This document shows, one piece after another, positions 1-13,855 of a stretch of 64,000 bases of DNA. The notes under the pieces are model-generated. The model ran no database searches, had not been told where the DNA came from, and saw only the letters and a program-made list of their open reading frames with translations. Made by a program: the position numbers and the translations under genes. Origin of the DNA: Eledone cirrhosa (lineage: Eukaryota); the NCBI GenBank assembly GCA_964016885.1, contig OZ024757.1, positions 16,120,001-16,184,000 of the forward strand, given 5' to 3'. The stretch's first letter is position 1, and each line of letters begins with the position of its first letter.

Positions 1-990
1 CCTTGTGCCTAAAGTAGAAACAATTATTAATTAAAATGTGAGGTGGATTGGCAGTGTCGGTCGGTAGAGCGTCGGGCAACATGTTTTGTGGCATCTAGTT
101 ACGTTACTTTGCGTTCTGGGGTCAAATCTTGCCGTGTTCAATAAAATAAAGTACCAGTAACGTAATGGGGTCGTAATAATCGATTTTATCCACCCCGCCA
201 AAAAATTGTTGGCCCTGGCCTAAATCAGAAACTATTATTATTAGGCCCTTGCCATTCTGAGTTCAAATCCCGCCGAGGTTAACTTTGCCTTTCATCCTTA
301 CGGGGTCGATAAAATAAAGTACCAGTAATACACTGGGTATTTGCTGACCTTGTGACTAACGTAGAAACAATTATTTTTATTGTTATTGGACGGTGGGTTG
401 GCAGTATCGGTAGAGGGTCGGACGCCATGCTTTGACGCATAGAGTTACGGCCCTTGCCATTCTGAGTTCAAATCCCGCCGAGGCTAACTTTGCCTTTCAT
501 CCTTACGGAGTCGATAAAATAAAGTACCAGTAATGCACTGGGGTAATTGCTGGCCTTGTGCCAAAAGTATAAATAATAATTATTATTATTATCAAGGGCG
601 GTGGATTGGCAGTATCGGTAGAGGGTCGGACGCCATGCTTTCTAGCATGGTTACGTCCCTTTACGGTCTGAGTTCAAATCCCGTCGAGGTTAACTTTGCC
701 TTTCATCCTTACGTGGTCAATAAAATAAAGTACCAGTAATACACTGGAGTCGATTTTATTGACTTTCTCCTCCCCGCAAAATTGATGGCCTCGTGCCTAA
801 ATCAGAAACCAAGGACCGTGGACTGTCAGTATCGGTAGAGTGTCGAAAAATGTTTTGTGACATATAGTACGTCCCTTTACGTTCTCGGTTCAAATTGCAC
901 CGAGGTTTAGCTTTGCCTTCCATCCTTAGAGAGGCGATAAAATAAAGTACCAGTAATGCACTGGGGTCGATTTAATTGACTTTCCCTACC
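1..990 (+). mobile_element. Head-to-tail cluster of about 5 tRNA-derived SINE copies (family S1)
   Basis: Repeated unit tggcagtatcggtagag (A-box-like)...gagttcaaatcccgccgagg (B-box)...ctttgcctttcatccttacggggtcgataaaataaagtaccag...(att)n tail. The central part resembles the MetaSINE-type domain (from memory, not searched). Confidence 0.85.
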
Positions 991-1043
991 TTCAATCTTT
1001 GAAGTCATTGAAGCACTTGATGCATCGTGTTAATTCTTGGATC

Positions 1044-1240
1044 ATTCAGGACCCCGATGGCGGAGCTCCGGCTGTTTCGACAGCTAGATCCGAATTCAGT
1101 TCGGATCTAGCTGTCGAACCGGCTGGAGCTCAGCCATCGGGGTCCTGAATCTTTTCATATTACCCACTCTACTACCCCAAGTATCGAGTACTTTGGTGGG
1201 TTATGGTCCACCTGGTATTTTACGACACCCTTTCTGATTA
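1044..1240 (+). mobile_element. Family A fold-back element (PLE terminus-like)
   Basis: Inverted repeat 1044-1150 with axis near 1097, then tail ttacccactctactacccc...gagtactttggtg ending in (TA)n; homologous to about 10 other copies in the window. Confidence 0.75.
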
Positions 1241-1299
1241 TATATATATATATACACACGATATTAAACAAATGGAAACTATATTTATAAAACCATATC

Positions 1300-1365
1300 T
1301 ATTTCATTATACATATTTGAGGGATACCATATTAAAAATATGGCATGCCTTCTTCAGATAAAATA
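1300..1365 (-). ncRNA. Decayed type-I hammerhead ribozyme (GAAA mutated to CAAA), homolog of 61690-61754
   Basis: Minus strand: tattttat CTGAAGA aggc-atgccatatt..aatatggtat-ccct CAAA tatgta TA atgaaata. Confidence 0.65.
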
Positions 1366-1618
1366 CAATATATAAGCAGTTTTATAAATAAATTTATAAA
1401 TATATTATATATATATATATTGACAGGATATTGTTATCCTTTCAATATATTACACTCTGTATAGCTCTACACCTCGACACAGAAGTGAACCTAAACTTCG
1501 AGTGCTTACCCGGGTGAACCTGCAGTAACTCCAAGTTACACTCCCTATATATATATACATACATACATACATACATGACAATTTATATACACTCCCTATA
1601 TATATATACATACATACA

Positions 1619-1652
<34 letters not shown>

Positions 1653-1756
1653 CATACATACATACATACATACATGACAATTTCTTTTCTTTTACAACCT
1701 TGCCACCAGGAAGGTGGCCGGTCAAAAAAATATACTCGAAATTAAGAGAAAGAGAA

Positions 1757-1960
1757 AACATACATACATACATGGTGGCTGCCAACTCGTTTTCGAGTAC
1801 GGCCACTACTTTATATCCATGTAGGAGAACTCCTACCAATGCGCTGAATGAGTGACATTTTAGTCCAGCCAGCGACTTGAAAACTCTGGTACAAACACTA
1901 CACTTGTGACAATTATTGACACATAGTGCTGGGCCCATGGTACCATGTGACGACAAGTGC
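1757..1960 (-). pseudogene. RTE-type LINE 3' end (C-terminal zinc-finger-like segment plus (ATGT)n tail)
   Basis: Translation HKCSVCTRVFKSLAGLKCH resembles the CxxC..GLxxH C-terminus of RTE ORFs; followed by a short UTR and tandem tail. Confidence 0.55.
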
Positions 1961-1979
1961 AGAGAGATCTCCAGATATA

Positions 1980-2180
1980 AAGCAATGCCTGTGCCGTGAA
2001 GCTTTTATAGTGAGCAAAGGCACTGCACAAAGCCAGTCCCACTCTCTTAACCAAGATGATATTTACCAAAAAGAAGAACAAGTCAACATCATTGGATACC
2101 ATCAGGGTTGCAGGTGTTATATCAGAGTTTTCCTTCTCCTAGAATTCTGCCTTGACAAAGGCTAAGGGGTCATCTCTCCC
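1980..2180 (+). repeat. Interspersed repeat family C (also at 10081-10332, 11298-11575, 11790-11945)
   Basis: Shared aatgcctgtg..gaag..actgcac..cccactctct..aacatcatcgg..ttccttctcc..aaggcta. Confidence 0.65.
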
Positions 2181-2218
2181 AACATACATACATACATACA
2201 TACATATATAAATATTAT

Positions 2219-2350
2219 AAAGGGTCGTGAATCCGACGGCTGAGCTCTTGGCGTTTCGTTAGTTCCAAACTCGCTGTTGAAACGATAAGAACTCAGCCGT
2301 CGGAGTCCCGACTCTTTATAACAACTCCGAGTATCGAGTATTCTGGTGAA
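2219..2350 (+). mobile_element. Degenerate family A fold-back element
   Basis: ccgacggctgag...gtttc / gaaac...ctcagccgtcgg inverted repeat. Confidence 0.6.
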
Positions 2351-2354
2351 TAGC

Positions 2355-2455
2355 GTAAAATGAAGTGTTTTGCTCAAGATCACAACACGCAACCCAGGAA
2401 TCGAACCCAAGACTTTATGATCCAGCACCCTTAACACTAAGCCACGTGCCTCCAC
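2355..2455 (-). mobile_element. tRNA-derived SINE family S2 (CORE-like), 5' part
   Basis: Minus strand: ggaggcacgtggcttagtgttaaggg..ggttcgattcctggg..cttgagcaaaacacttcatttt. Confidence 0.75.
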
Positions 2456-3035
2456 TCACCACACTATATAAACGTTAATATATCACTGTACTTACATGGA
2501 ACCTGGAGAGAACACACTATATATACTTTAATATATAACAGTACTCAAAGGAACATGGGCAGAACCCACTATATAAACGTTGATATATCACTGTTAAGGA
2601 CCATGGAGGGAACACATTTTATAAACGTTAATATACCACAGTACTGAGAGGACCGAGGAGACAATGTTTCCGTTGGTCTTTCCAGTTGCTAATACTATCT
2701 ATCGGTCGCAACTCCGGGTAGAAGGAGCAACGTGAAATAAAGTGTCTTGCTCAAGGACATAACGCATCGTCCTGTCCAGGAATCGAACTCACAATCTCAC
2801 GATTTCGAATCCAATTCTCTTACCAGCCAGCCACACGCCTTCACTAACGTTACATAAACGTTAACATACCACTGTACTTAAAGGACCATGGATAAAACAC
2901 ACTATATATACGTTAATATACCAGAGTAAAAGACCATGGAGAGAACACATTATATAACCGTTAATATACCACAGTACTTAGAGGGAACACATTATATAAA
3001 CGATTATATACCAGAGTACTTACATGGACCATGGA
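2456..3035. repeat. Degenerate minisatellite of about 55-60 bp, interrupted by an S2 SINE (2650-2845, minus)
   Basis: Recurring acactatataaacgttaatata..cagtact..ggaccatggagagaac. Confidence 0.7.
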
Positions 3036-4374
3036 AAGAAGAATCTGTCACAGACATGAAATATAATTATTAAAAAAATAAGAAAACATTTAAATGTGTA
3101 AACTAATATTTCCTCCGTCTGCTGACATTATCACAATAAATATTAACAAGGCCATTCTTTTCATATTTCTCGAATGATATCTTTAGAAAATCTTCTTAAA
3201 TTAATCTCAGAACGAAAGGTTGTGATGTTTATTTTAAATTTTATTTTTAAATATGTTTTCCTTTGCAACAATATTTCCATTGAACTATTCCATAAAATAC
3301 CATTTCTAAGATTTTCGTTAATAATATATATTGTCTTTTTGTCTGAGCATTTTCATAATAATCTTGTTTATGAATAAAAAATCTTGAGTGGAATAACTCT
3401 CCAGCAGACGACCCACTAAAAGAATATGTTTCATTCTCGTCAAAGTTCTGGATAATAGAAAATTCTAATTCGATATTCATCGAAAGTATAAGCGCTATAT
3501 CTGACGTGAAAGTATTAAATGAAATAACATGAGAGCAAGACATAACTAAACGATATAACATGAGAGAAAGATATTCCTCTTCTTTAGTCTCCCTCTATCA
3601 AGAGAGTGAAACATTCATTTTGCTTTTTCTACTGGTTAGAATATATGTGGCTTACCACACCTGCATACTCATAGATTTCTCTGCTAACTGGAGCAATCGT
3701 GCCATCCCATTGTCGAATTAATAGTCCATCATCTGAGAAGTTACTGGTGCTCAGGACGCAGGGGTCATCTAATTAAACTGATGGTCATCACATGTGCTAC
3801 TGCTTGCTATGAAACAAGAAATTTTTTTTTATCTGGTCTTACTCCTCTAAATCTGAGCTGTTCTGCTAAGACTATCCTATGATAGTTATATCAGAGGAAC
3901 CTCGTGTAGGATGTGGCTTTTCACTATGCAGGCCAATCTTTCAACTGAGAGAGGCGAGGTACTCAGCTTGAATGAGCATATATTGCAAGTCATCAGTTTT
4001 ATGAGTGGTATGCTGAACAGACACTGGGACACACGGGGAGGCCATAAAAGATCACGCGAGGACGCCATAAAAGAGAACGCAACGCCACCCAATGAAATCT
4101 ATAACAGCTCTGCACACTCTTAAATCAACATATACATATTTACACATCCACGCGATATATATATATATATATATACATATATACATATATATACACACTA
4201 TTGGATGGCCGTTGACATGAGTTTCTCCGCCTTCTGTCAGGTGTGTCCCAAATCACCCTCCTCATCGAGCTAACTTGGTTGAGTTGCCGGTTTTGTCGCT
4301 GACGCCCCGATTATGTGACAAGTTGTACTTTGTTACATGTTACCTGTAGCACTCAAGAGGGGTCAGACAACTGA

Positions 4375-4730
4375 GAGAAGGCATAACTAAAGCATATAAC
4401 ATGAGAGAAAAACGTAACTAAAGAATATAACATGAGAGAGAGACATAACTAAGGGATATAAGATGAGAGAAGGACATAATTAAAGGATATAAGGTGAGAG
4501 AACGACAGAACGAGATAACTAAGGGATATAAGATGAGAGAAGGGCATAATTAAAGGATATAAGGTGATAGAATGACAGAACGAGATAACTAAGGGATATA
4601 ACATGGGAGAGAGACATAACGGATATAAATTGGGAGAAAGACATGAGTAAGGCGTATAACATGGGAGAAGACGTAACTAAGGGATATAACATGGGGGAGA
4701 GACATAACTAAGGGATATGACATTAGAAAG
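4375..4730. repeat. Degenerate minisatellite of about 31 bp
   Basis: Recurring gacataactaagggatataacatgagaga. Confidence 0.75.
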
Positions 4731-5030
4731 GCTTAACGAAGCGACATGAGCTTATTCTGAGCAGTAATTTATAACAAGTGTGTGTGTGATGTGTGTGGGG
4801 GGCATATCACACACGGAACTCTTGCACTCTTATAGGTATACCTATACAGACAAACACACAAAGACACAAACACCCCACACATATATATGTATATTCACAT
4901 ATACTACATGCACATGCATATATATATATATTTCACATGCAAATGATTAATATACATATATATATAAACACACACACACATATACATACACATTTAAACG
5001 CATGCAAATGATAATTCATGTATATATATA

Positions 5031-5231
5031 TATCTACATCTACATCTAAGGCGGGTAAAATTCCCGAGATCCATGGACGAGTTCTCTCCAGCGGTCTCTG
5101 TCCCTCATTATCGCTGCCATGTCCTGCGTCTCCAACAGACCAGTGTCTGTCCTTAGGGCATCAACATATGTTAACCTTGGTCTTCCTCTTCCAGTGTGTC
5201 CATGTAGGGGCTCCCAAAGGAGCACTGAGTG

Positions 5232-5233
<2 letters not shown>
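5031..5233 (-). pseudogene. RTE/RTE-X LINE ORF C-terminal fragment with (tagatg)n tail
   Basis: VLLWEPLHGHTGRGRPRLTYVDALRTDTG...MRDRDRWRELV, a typical RTE C-terminus. Confidence 0.85.
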
Positions 5234-5269
<36 letters not shown>

Positions 5270-6273
5270 CGAGAGAAAGATATTGTATATTACATATATA
5301 TATACACACACATATGCATACATAAACGCAAGCAAATGATAACCTCATAAACCGGCATTAAGCATATGATACGATATATCGATAAACTATCATTAGATAT
5401 ACCATATCTCGTATATCATCCCATATCATATCAACTATAGTCATATTGTGATGTGCTATCATTACAGTAAAAACCAATCCGCATTTGTCTCTACTAGTTG
5501 GCAAGGTCAAGCCATAACAATTATCTTTATTACCATGTTTTGTAAGATGTTTCTAACAACAGATCTTCCGTGACAACAGACATTTTATGAGGTCTGCAGG
5601 AAGCATTTGTCTGGCGGCCATATTGCGACGACATTACATCAACGATCCGCCTGTATGTCAATGGCGTCGATGGATATTTATTATGGCGGCCATATTGCGA
5701 TGACATTACATCAACGGCTCGCCTACATGTCAATGGCGGCGGCAACAGCACACGATGATGGTTAGATTGGGTATCCATTTACCTCCCTATCACTTATTTC
5801 CATCTGAGAGTAACTTCTACTTTAGTTACATGAGTCAGCAGTCTATCAGCAACAACAGGTTTCAAGATAATAAATAACAATCTATATCTGATATCGGGAA
5901 ATACAACTGAAATCATCCAGCTTTTGGTTACATCAATCTCTCCTCCTATTTATACACACATATTATACATACATACATAGATACATACATACATACATAC
6001 ATGCATACATACATACATACACATACATTACATACATATATATATATACATATATAAAGAATTAGTATATCTAGTAACATATATATACACAGATGCATAC
6101 CTATGCTAGCAAATATATAGGTTTTGTCTTAGTAACTTTGTGGTTCAATGCATGGGGATGCAGAACAATAATATGAGAGACGTAAAATAAGAAAATTATA
6201 AAATTAACTTACTTACTAAAGTGAAATTTTAGTAAGTTAATTTTATAATTTTCTTATTTTACGTCTCTCATAT

Positions 6274-6274
<1 letters not shown>

Positions 6275-6311
<37 letters not shown>

Positions 6312-6514
6312 CATATATATATATACATACATATATATATATACACACATATATATATACATATATATATATACACGCATATATATATACACGCATATAT
6401 ATATACATATATATATATACACGCATATATATATACATATATATATATACACGCATATATATATACATATATATATACACATGCATATATATATACATAT
6501 ATATATACACATGC

Positions 6515-6547
<33 letters not shown>

Positions 6548-6960
6548 CATATATATATACACATGCATATATATATATATACACATGCATATATATATAT
6601 ACACATGCATATATATATATATATACACATGCATATATACATATATATATATACATGCATATATACATATATATATATACATGCATATATACATATATAT
6701 ATACACATGCATATATACATATATATATACACATGCATATATACATATATATATACACATGCATATATACATATATATATACACATGCATATATACATAC
6801 ATATATACACATGCATATATACATACATATATACACATGCATATATACATACATATATACACATGCATATATACATACATATATACACATGCATATATAC
6901 ATACATATATATACATGCATATATACATACATATACATATACACATGCATATATACATAC

Positions 6961-7007
<47 letters not shown>

Positions 7008-7283
7008 TATGCATGTGTATATATATATACATATATATATACACATGCATATATACATACATATATATACATATATATATATATATTTATATACATACAT
7101 ATACATATATATATACATACATACATATATACACATGCATATATACATACATATATATACATATAAATATATATATATACATACATATATATATACATAC
7201 ATATATACATACATACATATATACATATATATATATATACATATATATACACATGCATATATACATACATATATATATATATA
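6275..7283. repeat. Compound (TA)n/(TACA)n/atgc microsatellite
   Basis: Direct inspection. Confidence 0.95.
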
Positions 7284-7308
7284 CAGACGTATATATGAAA
7301 AGATTCAG

Positions 7309-7405
7309 GACCCTGACGGCTGAGCTCCGGCCGTTTCGACAGCTAGATCCGAACTACAGCGCCAGTATTCGAGCGGCGAGAATCTAGCTGAACTCATCAA
7401 GGGCC
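7309..7405 (-). ncRNA. Family A full-length hammerhead-like motif with long stem II (core C3 altered)
   Basis: Minus strand: ggccc(t)TGATGA gtt-cagctagat...atctagctg-tc GAAAC ggccggagctcagcc GTC agggtc. Confidence 0.6.
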
Positions 7406-7509
7406 ATAATCCATAAATGGGAAGACAGTCAAAGCAAAAAATCGAGTACTCTGGTGGGTTATCGTCTAGCTGGTTTTTACCATACCCTATCTGATATATA
7501 TATTAACAT

Positions 7510-7561
<52 letters not shown>

Positions 7562-7569
7562 ATATATAT

Positions 7570-7711
7570 AACGAAGGAGATGTGGTAAGGAACCAGATGG
7601 ACCATAACGCACCAAAGTACTCAATACTTAGGGTAGTAGAGTGGGTAATAGGAACGAGTAGGACCCCGACGGCTGAGCTGAAGCCGTTTCGTCGGCTAAT
7701 TCTGGACTAAA

Positions 7712-7713
<2 letters not shown>
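7570..7713 (-). mobile_element. Family A single arm between (TA)n tracts
   Basis: acgaaggagatgtggtaaggaaccag...gaccccgacggctgagctgaagccgtttcgtcggctaattctg. Confidence 0.75.
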
Positions 7714-7757
<44 letters not shown>

Positions 7758-7798
7758 CGAAACATAAGTCAATTGCATGAACTCATAATCCTTTATTT

Positions 7799-7854
7799 AC
7801 TGCTATATATATTTCGATGATAGCCATTGAATGGCTATGACCTCATCAGGCAGT
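7799..7854 (-). ncRNA. Minimal type-I hammerhead ribozyme (family E)
   Basis: Minus strand: actgc CTGATGA ggtc-atagccat-tca-atggctat-catc GAAA tatata TA gcagt, followed by aataaa; stems I and II pair and the core is intact. Confidence 0.85.
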
Positions 7855-8315
7855 TAGTCAGTTCTTAGATATGCCAGCTCTGTGTTTATGGTGTTGATGG
7901 TATCAGAGCCTTGGGACGTATGTATAATATTAACATTATATATACTTTTAAAACTTTAATTGAAAAGGATCGAAGCGATGAGTTTATATGAATTTTCATA
8001 AAATTGTAGGAATTTGAGCACGGCGGATAGCTGTAAACAGCCGATTGCTACATGCATTGCAAAACATCGGATTAAAATATTAACACATATTGAGAGATGG
8101 GACGGAGGGAGGGAGAGAATGGAAGAAAGAGAGTAAAAAAGAATATAGTAATCATCTGTTTACAGCTACCCACAGCACTGAGATTCCTACAATTTTATGA
8201 AAATTCATGTATATGTGTCTGTGTGTTTGATTACGAAAGCCATTTAATACAGCAAAGCCATACCAGGAACCTAGTTCCGTCGGCCTAGAGGACCAACTTG
8301 TTCAACCTGTGTGTG

Positions 8316-8344
<29 letters not shown>

Positions 8345-8346
<2 letters not shown>

Positions 8347-8954
8347 ATAATCCTCCGTTTATCACGAGGGATACGTTCCAGAACCAACCGCGATAAATGA
8401 AAATCCGCGATATAGAGAGAGACCATAAAGACAAACGTTGTTTTCACAGTTTAAGCCTTAAAATATCTTTCGTACAAGCTTTAAGTACATACAAACTCAT
8501 TAAAACACACTTTTGTATTTAAACACCAAAAACAGTCAGTAACGATCGTACCACGAGTTACCAATGACAACCATTACCAGCCACGTTAACCGCTTGCTAA
8601 TACACTGCACATCTCCCGTCAATCTATGAAGGGTTTGTAGTAGATTAGAGAAGATCGCAATCAGTAAAACAGTAATGGAATGAAAAATAAAAAATATTTT
8701 TTCATAGTTAAAGCCTTAAGATGCCCCTTCCTTTCGCTATACACTTCAATCACATCGAAACTTATTTAATAAGTTTAAAATTTAAACAGTTTTTATTCAG
8801 ACGTACGTACCTCAATAAGAAAAGAGATATGTCTAACGAAAAATCCGCGATGTAGCGAGGATTGCCGCGATAGGAAATTAGATACGTTCCAAAGAAAAAT
8901 CCGCGATGTAGCGGGACCGCGAAAAGTGAACCGCGATATAGCGGGGGATTACTC
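8345..8954. mobile_element. Tigger/pogo-like non-autonomous DNA transposon (MITE)
   Basis: TIRs taatcctccgtttatcacg / cgcgatatagcgggggatta, subterminal gatacgttcc and aaaatccgcgat repeats, TA flanks. Confidence 0.8.
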
Positions 8955-10404
8955 TATATATAAACATTTATTCAATACCAAAGTCTATGTATGCGAGTGT
9001 GTGCCTTTGCGTATTTGTATGTCAGAAACCGCCATGATCACATCTAAGTAGATTAACCACTGACAAACTGAACTTTCTTTTGACACATTTCGTTTTTTGC
9101 TATAATTTTAGTTTATGTTGTTGTTCCTATCTTTCCTTAGTCCTTTTTTTTTCTTTTCTTTTCGTTTTTGGCTCGTCCCTTTGCCCTTTGATTTTGTCAA
9201 GGTCGGCAGACATTTGGCCAAACGACAATGCTTGGAAAGGAAAAGTAACAACGAAGAGATTCTCAATAAATTGCTGCATTATCTTATCTGATGAAAGTAT
9301 CATCACGAATATATTGTAAATGAAAAAAAAAGAGGCTGCGGGCGGTGGAGCTAACAGTAAATCGGGTTGTATAGAAAACATTGAACGGAGTCGGAGATAC
9401 GAAAAAAAAATCGATCTGACGTTTGCTTTTTTTTTTGCCTATTGTTATATAACATACAGAAAAAAACTTGAGCAGATGACCGAAATAGAAAGGGGAAGAT
9501 TTAATAATAATAATAATAAATAATAATAAATAATAATAATAATAATAATAAATAAATAAATAAATAAATGAGATGAAATATGGAAAAAACATATGATAAG
9601 TTTTATTTAAAAATAGGAACGGAACGAAGAAAAGCTTGCATGAAACGAAACGAAAGACTTGCTAATTCATGTAGAAAAAGTTATTTGTTTGTAGAAATTA
9701 ATCGAGAAAAGAAAGAGAAGATGTATACAGATATACATTGTATTGTGAAAAAAACATTGGAGTGCCAGGTATAGAGATATACAGAGAGGGTGGGGAGAGA
9801 GAGGGAAGGGAGAGTATCGGTTGGAACAATTAGTACGGAAGGAAGAGAGCGGGGGGCAGGATGTGTTTGGTGTGTTGTATACACCGAAAGTAGGGCAAAT
9901 ATCGGAATTACTAATTTTAAAATAATCAAGATTTTTTTTCCTCTTAATAATAATTGTTTCTAATTTCGGCTCAAGGTCAGCAATTTATAATGAGAGAGAA
10001 ATCGATTTCTCGACCCTAGTGTTTAACTAGTACTTTTTATTAATTCTCTCTCTCTCTCTATCTCTCTATCTTCCAGCCCGTCTGTATGTCTGTATGTACA
10101 GGCAACTCACGAAACTGGGATAACTCCGATATAAAACCCGCGACTCAGTAGTTACCGATGATGTTGATCTTTTCTTCTTTTCGGGTTATAGCTACTGTCG
10201 CTCAGAGAGTGGGATTGGCTCAGTGCACAGTCTTTCCTCACTTTAAAAAATATCTTCACGCACAGGCATTGCACGATAGAATTAATTAATAATTATTAAT
10301 AATGGCATATCGTACAATGGCCATACTCGATTTAAGTTTTTCGTACATTTACTTCCATTTCGGCGCCATTTTGAGTTGAACGTAGATTTGTTAAGTGGAA
10401 GAAT

Positions 10405-10755
10405 ATGGCCTACTGGTAAGTGTGTTGGATTTATGACCCCTCCCTGCACAAGACGCCAGTCAATCACACGGTTAGACCCCCGGCTGCTGCTATTCATTTT
10501 CAGCTGAGTATACTGGAGCAACGTGAAATGACGTGTTTTGCTCAAGAACACAAAACAACCCAATCCAGGAGTCGAACCCACGACATTATGATCGTAAGTC
10601 CAACATCCTTACCACTAAGCCACGCGCCTACACTCAGTATACTGGAGCAACAGGAAATGAAGTATTTTGCTGAAGAATACAACACACCACCTGGTCCAGA
10701 ATCGAACCCACGACATTATGACTGTAAGTCCAACACTCTTACCACTAGGCTTAAT
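10405..10755 (-). mobile_element. SINE S2, one near-complete plus one partial tandem copy
   Basis: Minus strand: A/B-box head, cttgagcaaaacac core, gattgactggcgtcttgtgcagggagg 3' part. Confidence 0.75.
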
Positions 10756-12193
10756 GTATTTCTTATGGAAATTCACTGCAACAGTGTGTGTGACAAAGCT
10801 GGTTCTTTAAATCAGAGGTATAATCCACCCGGGGACCTTCCAAACAGTGTGGGTCTAACAAATTTCACTCCTGGGGCTCGGATCGATCCGAGTTGTGGGA
10901 AATGATTACTTGCCCGAAATGAAACGGTGTGGGATTGAACTTGGATATTCTGATTGTGAAGAGAACTTCTTAGTCATTCGGTCATGCCACGTTCAGAGAA
11001 GTACATACATAAATAAACGCATACATATATACCTACACGTATATATATATATATATATAAACACACACACACACACACACACACATGTATATATAGACTA
11101 CACATGGCTGCGATAGCTGGCACCTTCGAAATTTGCAAAACATTCGTGCAATTCAAGGGATAACAATTGCTTTTCTTTTGCAACCTTGCCACCAGGAAGG
11201 TGGCCGGTCAAAGATATACTCGAAATTAAGAGAAATCGAAACACACATACATATGTACATACATACATACGTATGTATATAATGGCTGCCCCCTCGATAT
11301 CGATTATGGCCATTGCACGATATAACATTATTAATAATTATTAATTAATGCCATCGTGCAATGCCTGTGTGTGAAGATTATTTTTAAAGTAAGGAAAGAC
11401 TGTGCACGGAGCCAATCCCACTCTCTGAGCAACAGTAGCTATAAGCCGAAAAGAAGAAAATATCAACATCATCGGTAACTACTGAGCCGCAGGTTTTATG
11501 TCGGAGTTATCCCAGTTTCCCGAGTTGCCTTCTCCAACAAGACTGCCCTGACCAAGGCTAGGGGTCCTTCACTCCCAGTGGTTTAACTGCGCGATCGGGT
11601 GTCCAGCTCGATTATTTCTATGTCACCGCGCATATACATACACATGCATACATGTACATTCATATATGTATATACATGGTCGCTGCGAACTCTACTAAGA
11701 ATATTGCAATGGCTTATCAGATTTTATATTTTCGTGTACCTTTAGGCTACGGCCAGCCACGCGAACCTGTAACATAACCTGAACAAGAAATACCTGTGGT
11801 TTGAAGGTCTTTTAAGTGGTGAAAGGCCTTGCACTCGTTCAATCCCACTCTCTGAGCATGGAAAACACTACCCAAAAAGGAGAACTGGTCAACATCATCG
11901 GATGCTTCCGAAGCCGCAGGTTTTTTTCCAGAATTTCCCTCTCTCAGAAAGGTGTTGTGACATCAACTGGTGGCCTTTTATTCCCAGGTGGAAACAAAAG
12001 TACTATTTGGATGGCGACTAAACCGTACCAAGCTTTCTTGGCGAGGAGGGTGATTTTTTTGGCCACCCTGCGGGATGAAATACAGACCCGGCAAATGGCC
12101 GAGGAACTAAGCAGATGTACATATATATATATATATAACGGCGATGAATTAGTTTTGCGAGGTTTTTTATATGAAATCGTGTGTCGAAACAAA

Positions 12194-12275
12194 TATTGTT
12201 ATACTTGGGTAGGGTCATATTTGTGTAATATTGCCAGAATTACACAAATATGACCCTCCCCAAGTATAACAATAT
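12194..12275. repeat. Palindrome of the family B terminus
   Basis: ttgttatacttgggtagggtcatatttgtgtaat / attacacaaatatgaccctccccaagtataacaa. Confidence 0.8.
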
Positions 12276-12459
12276 ATATATATATACATATACATATGTA
12301 TATATGTACATATATGTATAAATGTACATATACATACATATGTATATATTTACATACACACACATCGACAGACAGACGCTGGATTTGATGCGAGACTTTA
12401 TTATTGCGAAAAGAAATTCCTAAATATATGACCAGGCTTCGTTCAATCAATTATGTTTA

Positions 12460-13724
12460 GGATAATGATGGTGGTGGTGGTGGTGGTGGTGGTGGTGGTG
12501 GTGGCGGTGGTGGTGATGATGATACTAATGACGATGATGATGATGATGATGATTGCGAAGTCAAATTCTGAAACATTTAGCCAGGCGCCGTACACTCAAT
12601 CATGATTATGATGAGGATGATGATGGAGGGGGGGGGGGGGGGGGGGGGCATGATGATGAGGGGGGGGGGGGTGATGATGTTGGTGGTGGTGGTGGTGGCG
12701 TTGATGATGGTGGTGGCGATGGTGATGATGTTGGTGGTGGGGTTGATGATGGTGGTGGCGATGGTGATGATGATGGTGGCGACGATGGTAGTAGTTGCGA
12801 TGATGATGATGGTGGTGATGATGATGAAATGTTGGCGATGATGATGGTGGTGGTGGTGGTGGTGGTGTCGAAGATAATATCGGCGGCGGCGGCGGTGGTG
12901 GTGGTAAGGATGGTAATACTAATGACGATGGTGATGATGTTGATGATGATGATGATGACAAGGGAGAAGTCGATGATCGTGATGACTATGGTGATGGTGA
13001 CGACCACGATAATGGTGATGGCGACGATGATGATCATCATGCTACTGCTACTGATGATGATGATGATGATGATGATGTTACAGCTGATGATGATGATGCT
13101 GATGATGATGTTACAGGTGATGATGTTACAGCTGATGATGATGATGCTGATGATGATGTTACAGGTGATGATGATGATGATGATGTTACAGCTGATGATG
13201 TTACAGGTGATGATGATGATGCTGATGATGATGATGTTACAGGTGATGATGATGATGATGTTACAGCTGATGATGATGATGTTACAGGTGATGATGATGA
13301 TGATGTTACAGCTGATGATGACGATGATGTTACAGCTGATAATGATGATGATGATGATGATGTTACAACTGATGATGATGATGTTACAGGTGATGATGAT
13401 GATGATGTTACAGCTGATGATGATGTTACAGCTGATGATGATGATGTTACAGGTGATGATGATGATGATGATGGTACAACTGATGATGACGATGATGTTA
13501 CAGCTGATAATGATGATGATGATGATGATGTTACAACTGATGATGATGATGTTACAGGTGATGATGATGATGATGTTACAGCTGATGATGATGTTACAGC
13601 TGATGATGATGATGTTACAGGTGATGATGATGATGATGATGATGGTACAACTGATGATGACGATGATGTTACAACTGATGATGACGATGATGTTACAGCT
13701 GATGATGATTGATGATGTTACAGG

Positions 13725-13756
<32 letters not shown>

Positions 13757-13855
13757 CTACAGGTGATGATGATGATGATGATGCTGACGATGACGATGAC
13801 GATAATGATAATGATGGCCATAATAATGATAAAGATGATATCGATGGTGATGATA
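12460..13855. repeat. (GAT)n/(GGT)n simple repeat with derived gttacagctgat units
   Basis: Direct inspection. Confidence 0.95.

Noticed and set aside
391-500. tRNA gene (A/B boxes)
   Set aside because: Head of a multi-copy SINE; no complete cloverleaf
3247-3561. 104-aa unique-sequence ORF
   Set aside because: No recognisable motif; AT-rich, so a chance ORF or decayed LINE cannot be distinguished
6254-7387. Long Y/I/M/H/T-rich ORFs (also near 18-19 kb, 30 kb, 46-47 kb, 51-52 kb, 54-55 kb)
   Set aside because: Translations of (TA)/(CA) microsatellites, open in several frames on both strands
9285-9325. CTGATGA HHR candidates (also 17158, 24624, 51172)
   Set aside because: No stem II plus GAAA and no stem I pairing
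11950-12115. HDV-like ribozyme in an RTE-type 5' region (caccctcctcg; related copy 4200-4290; family C ccttctcc..ggctaa)
   Set aside because: Could not assemble the nested double pseudoknot by eye; needs an RNAMotif or Infernal search
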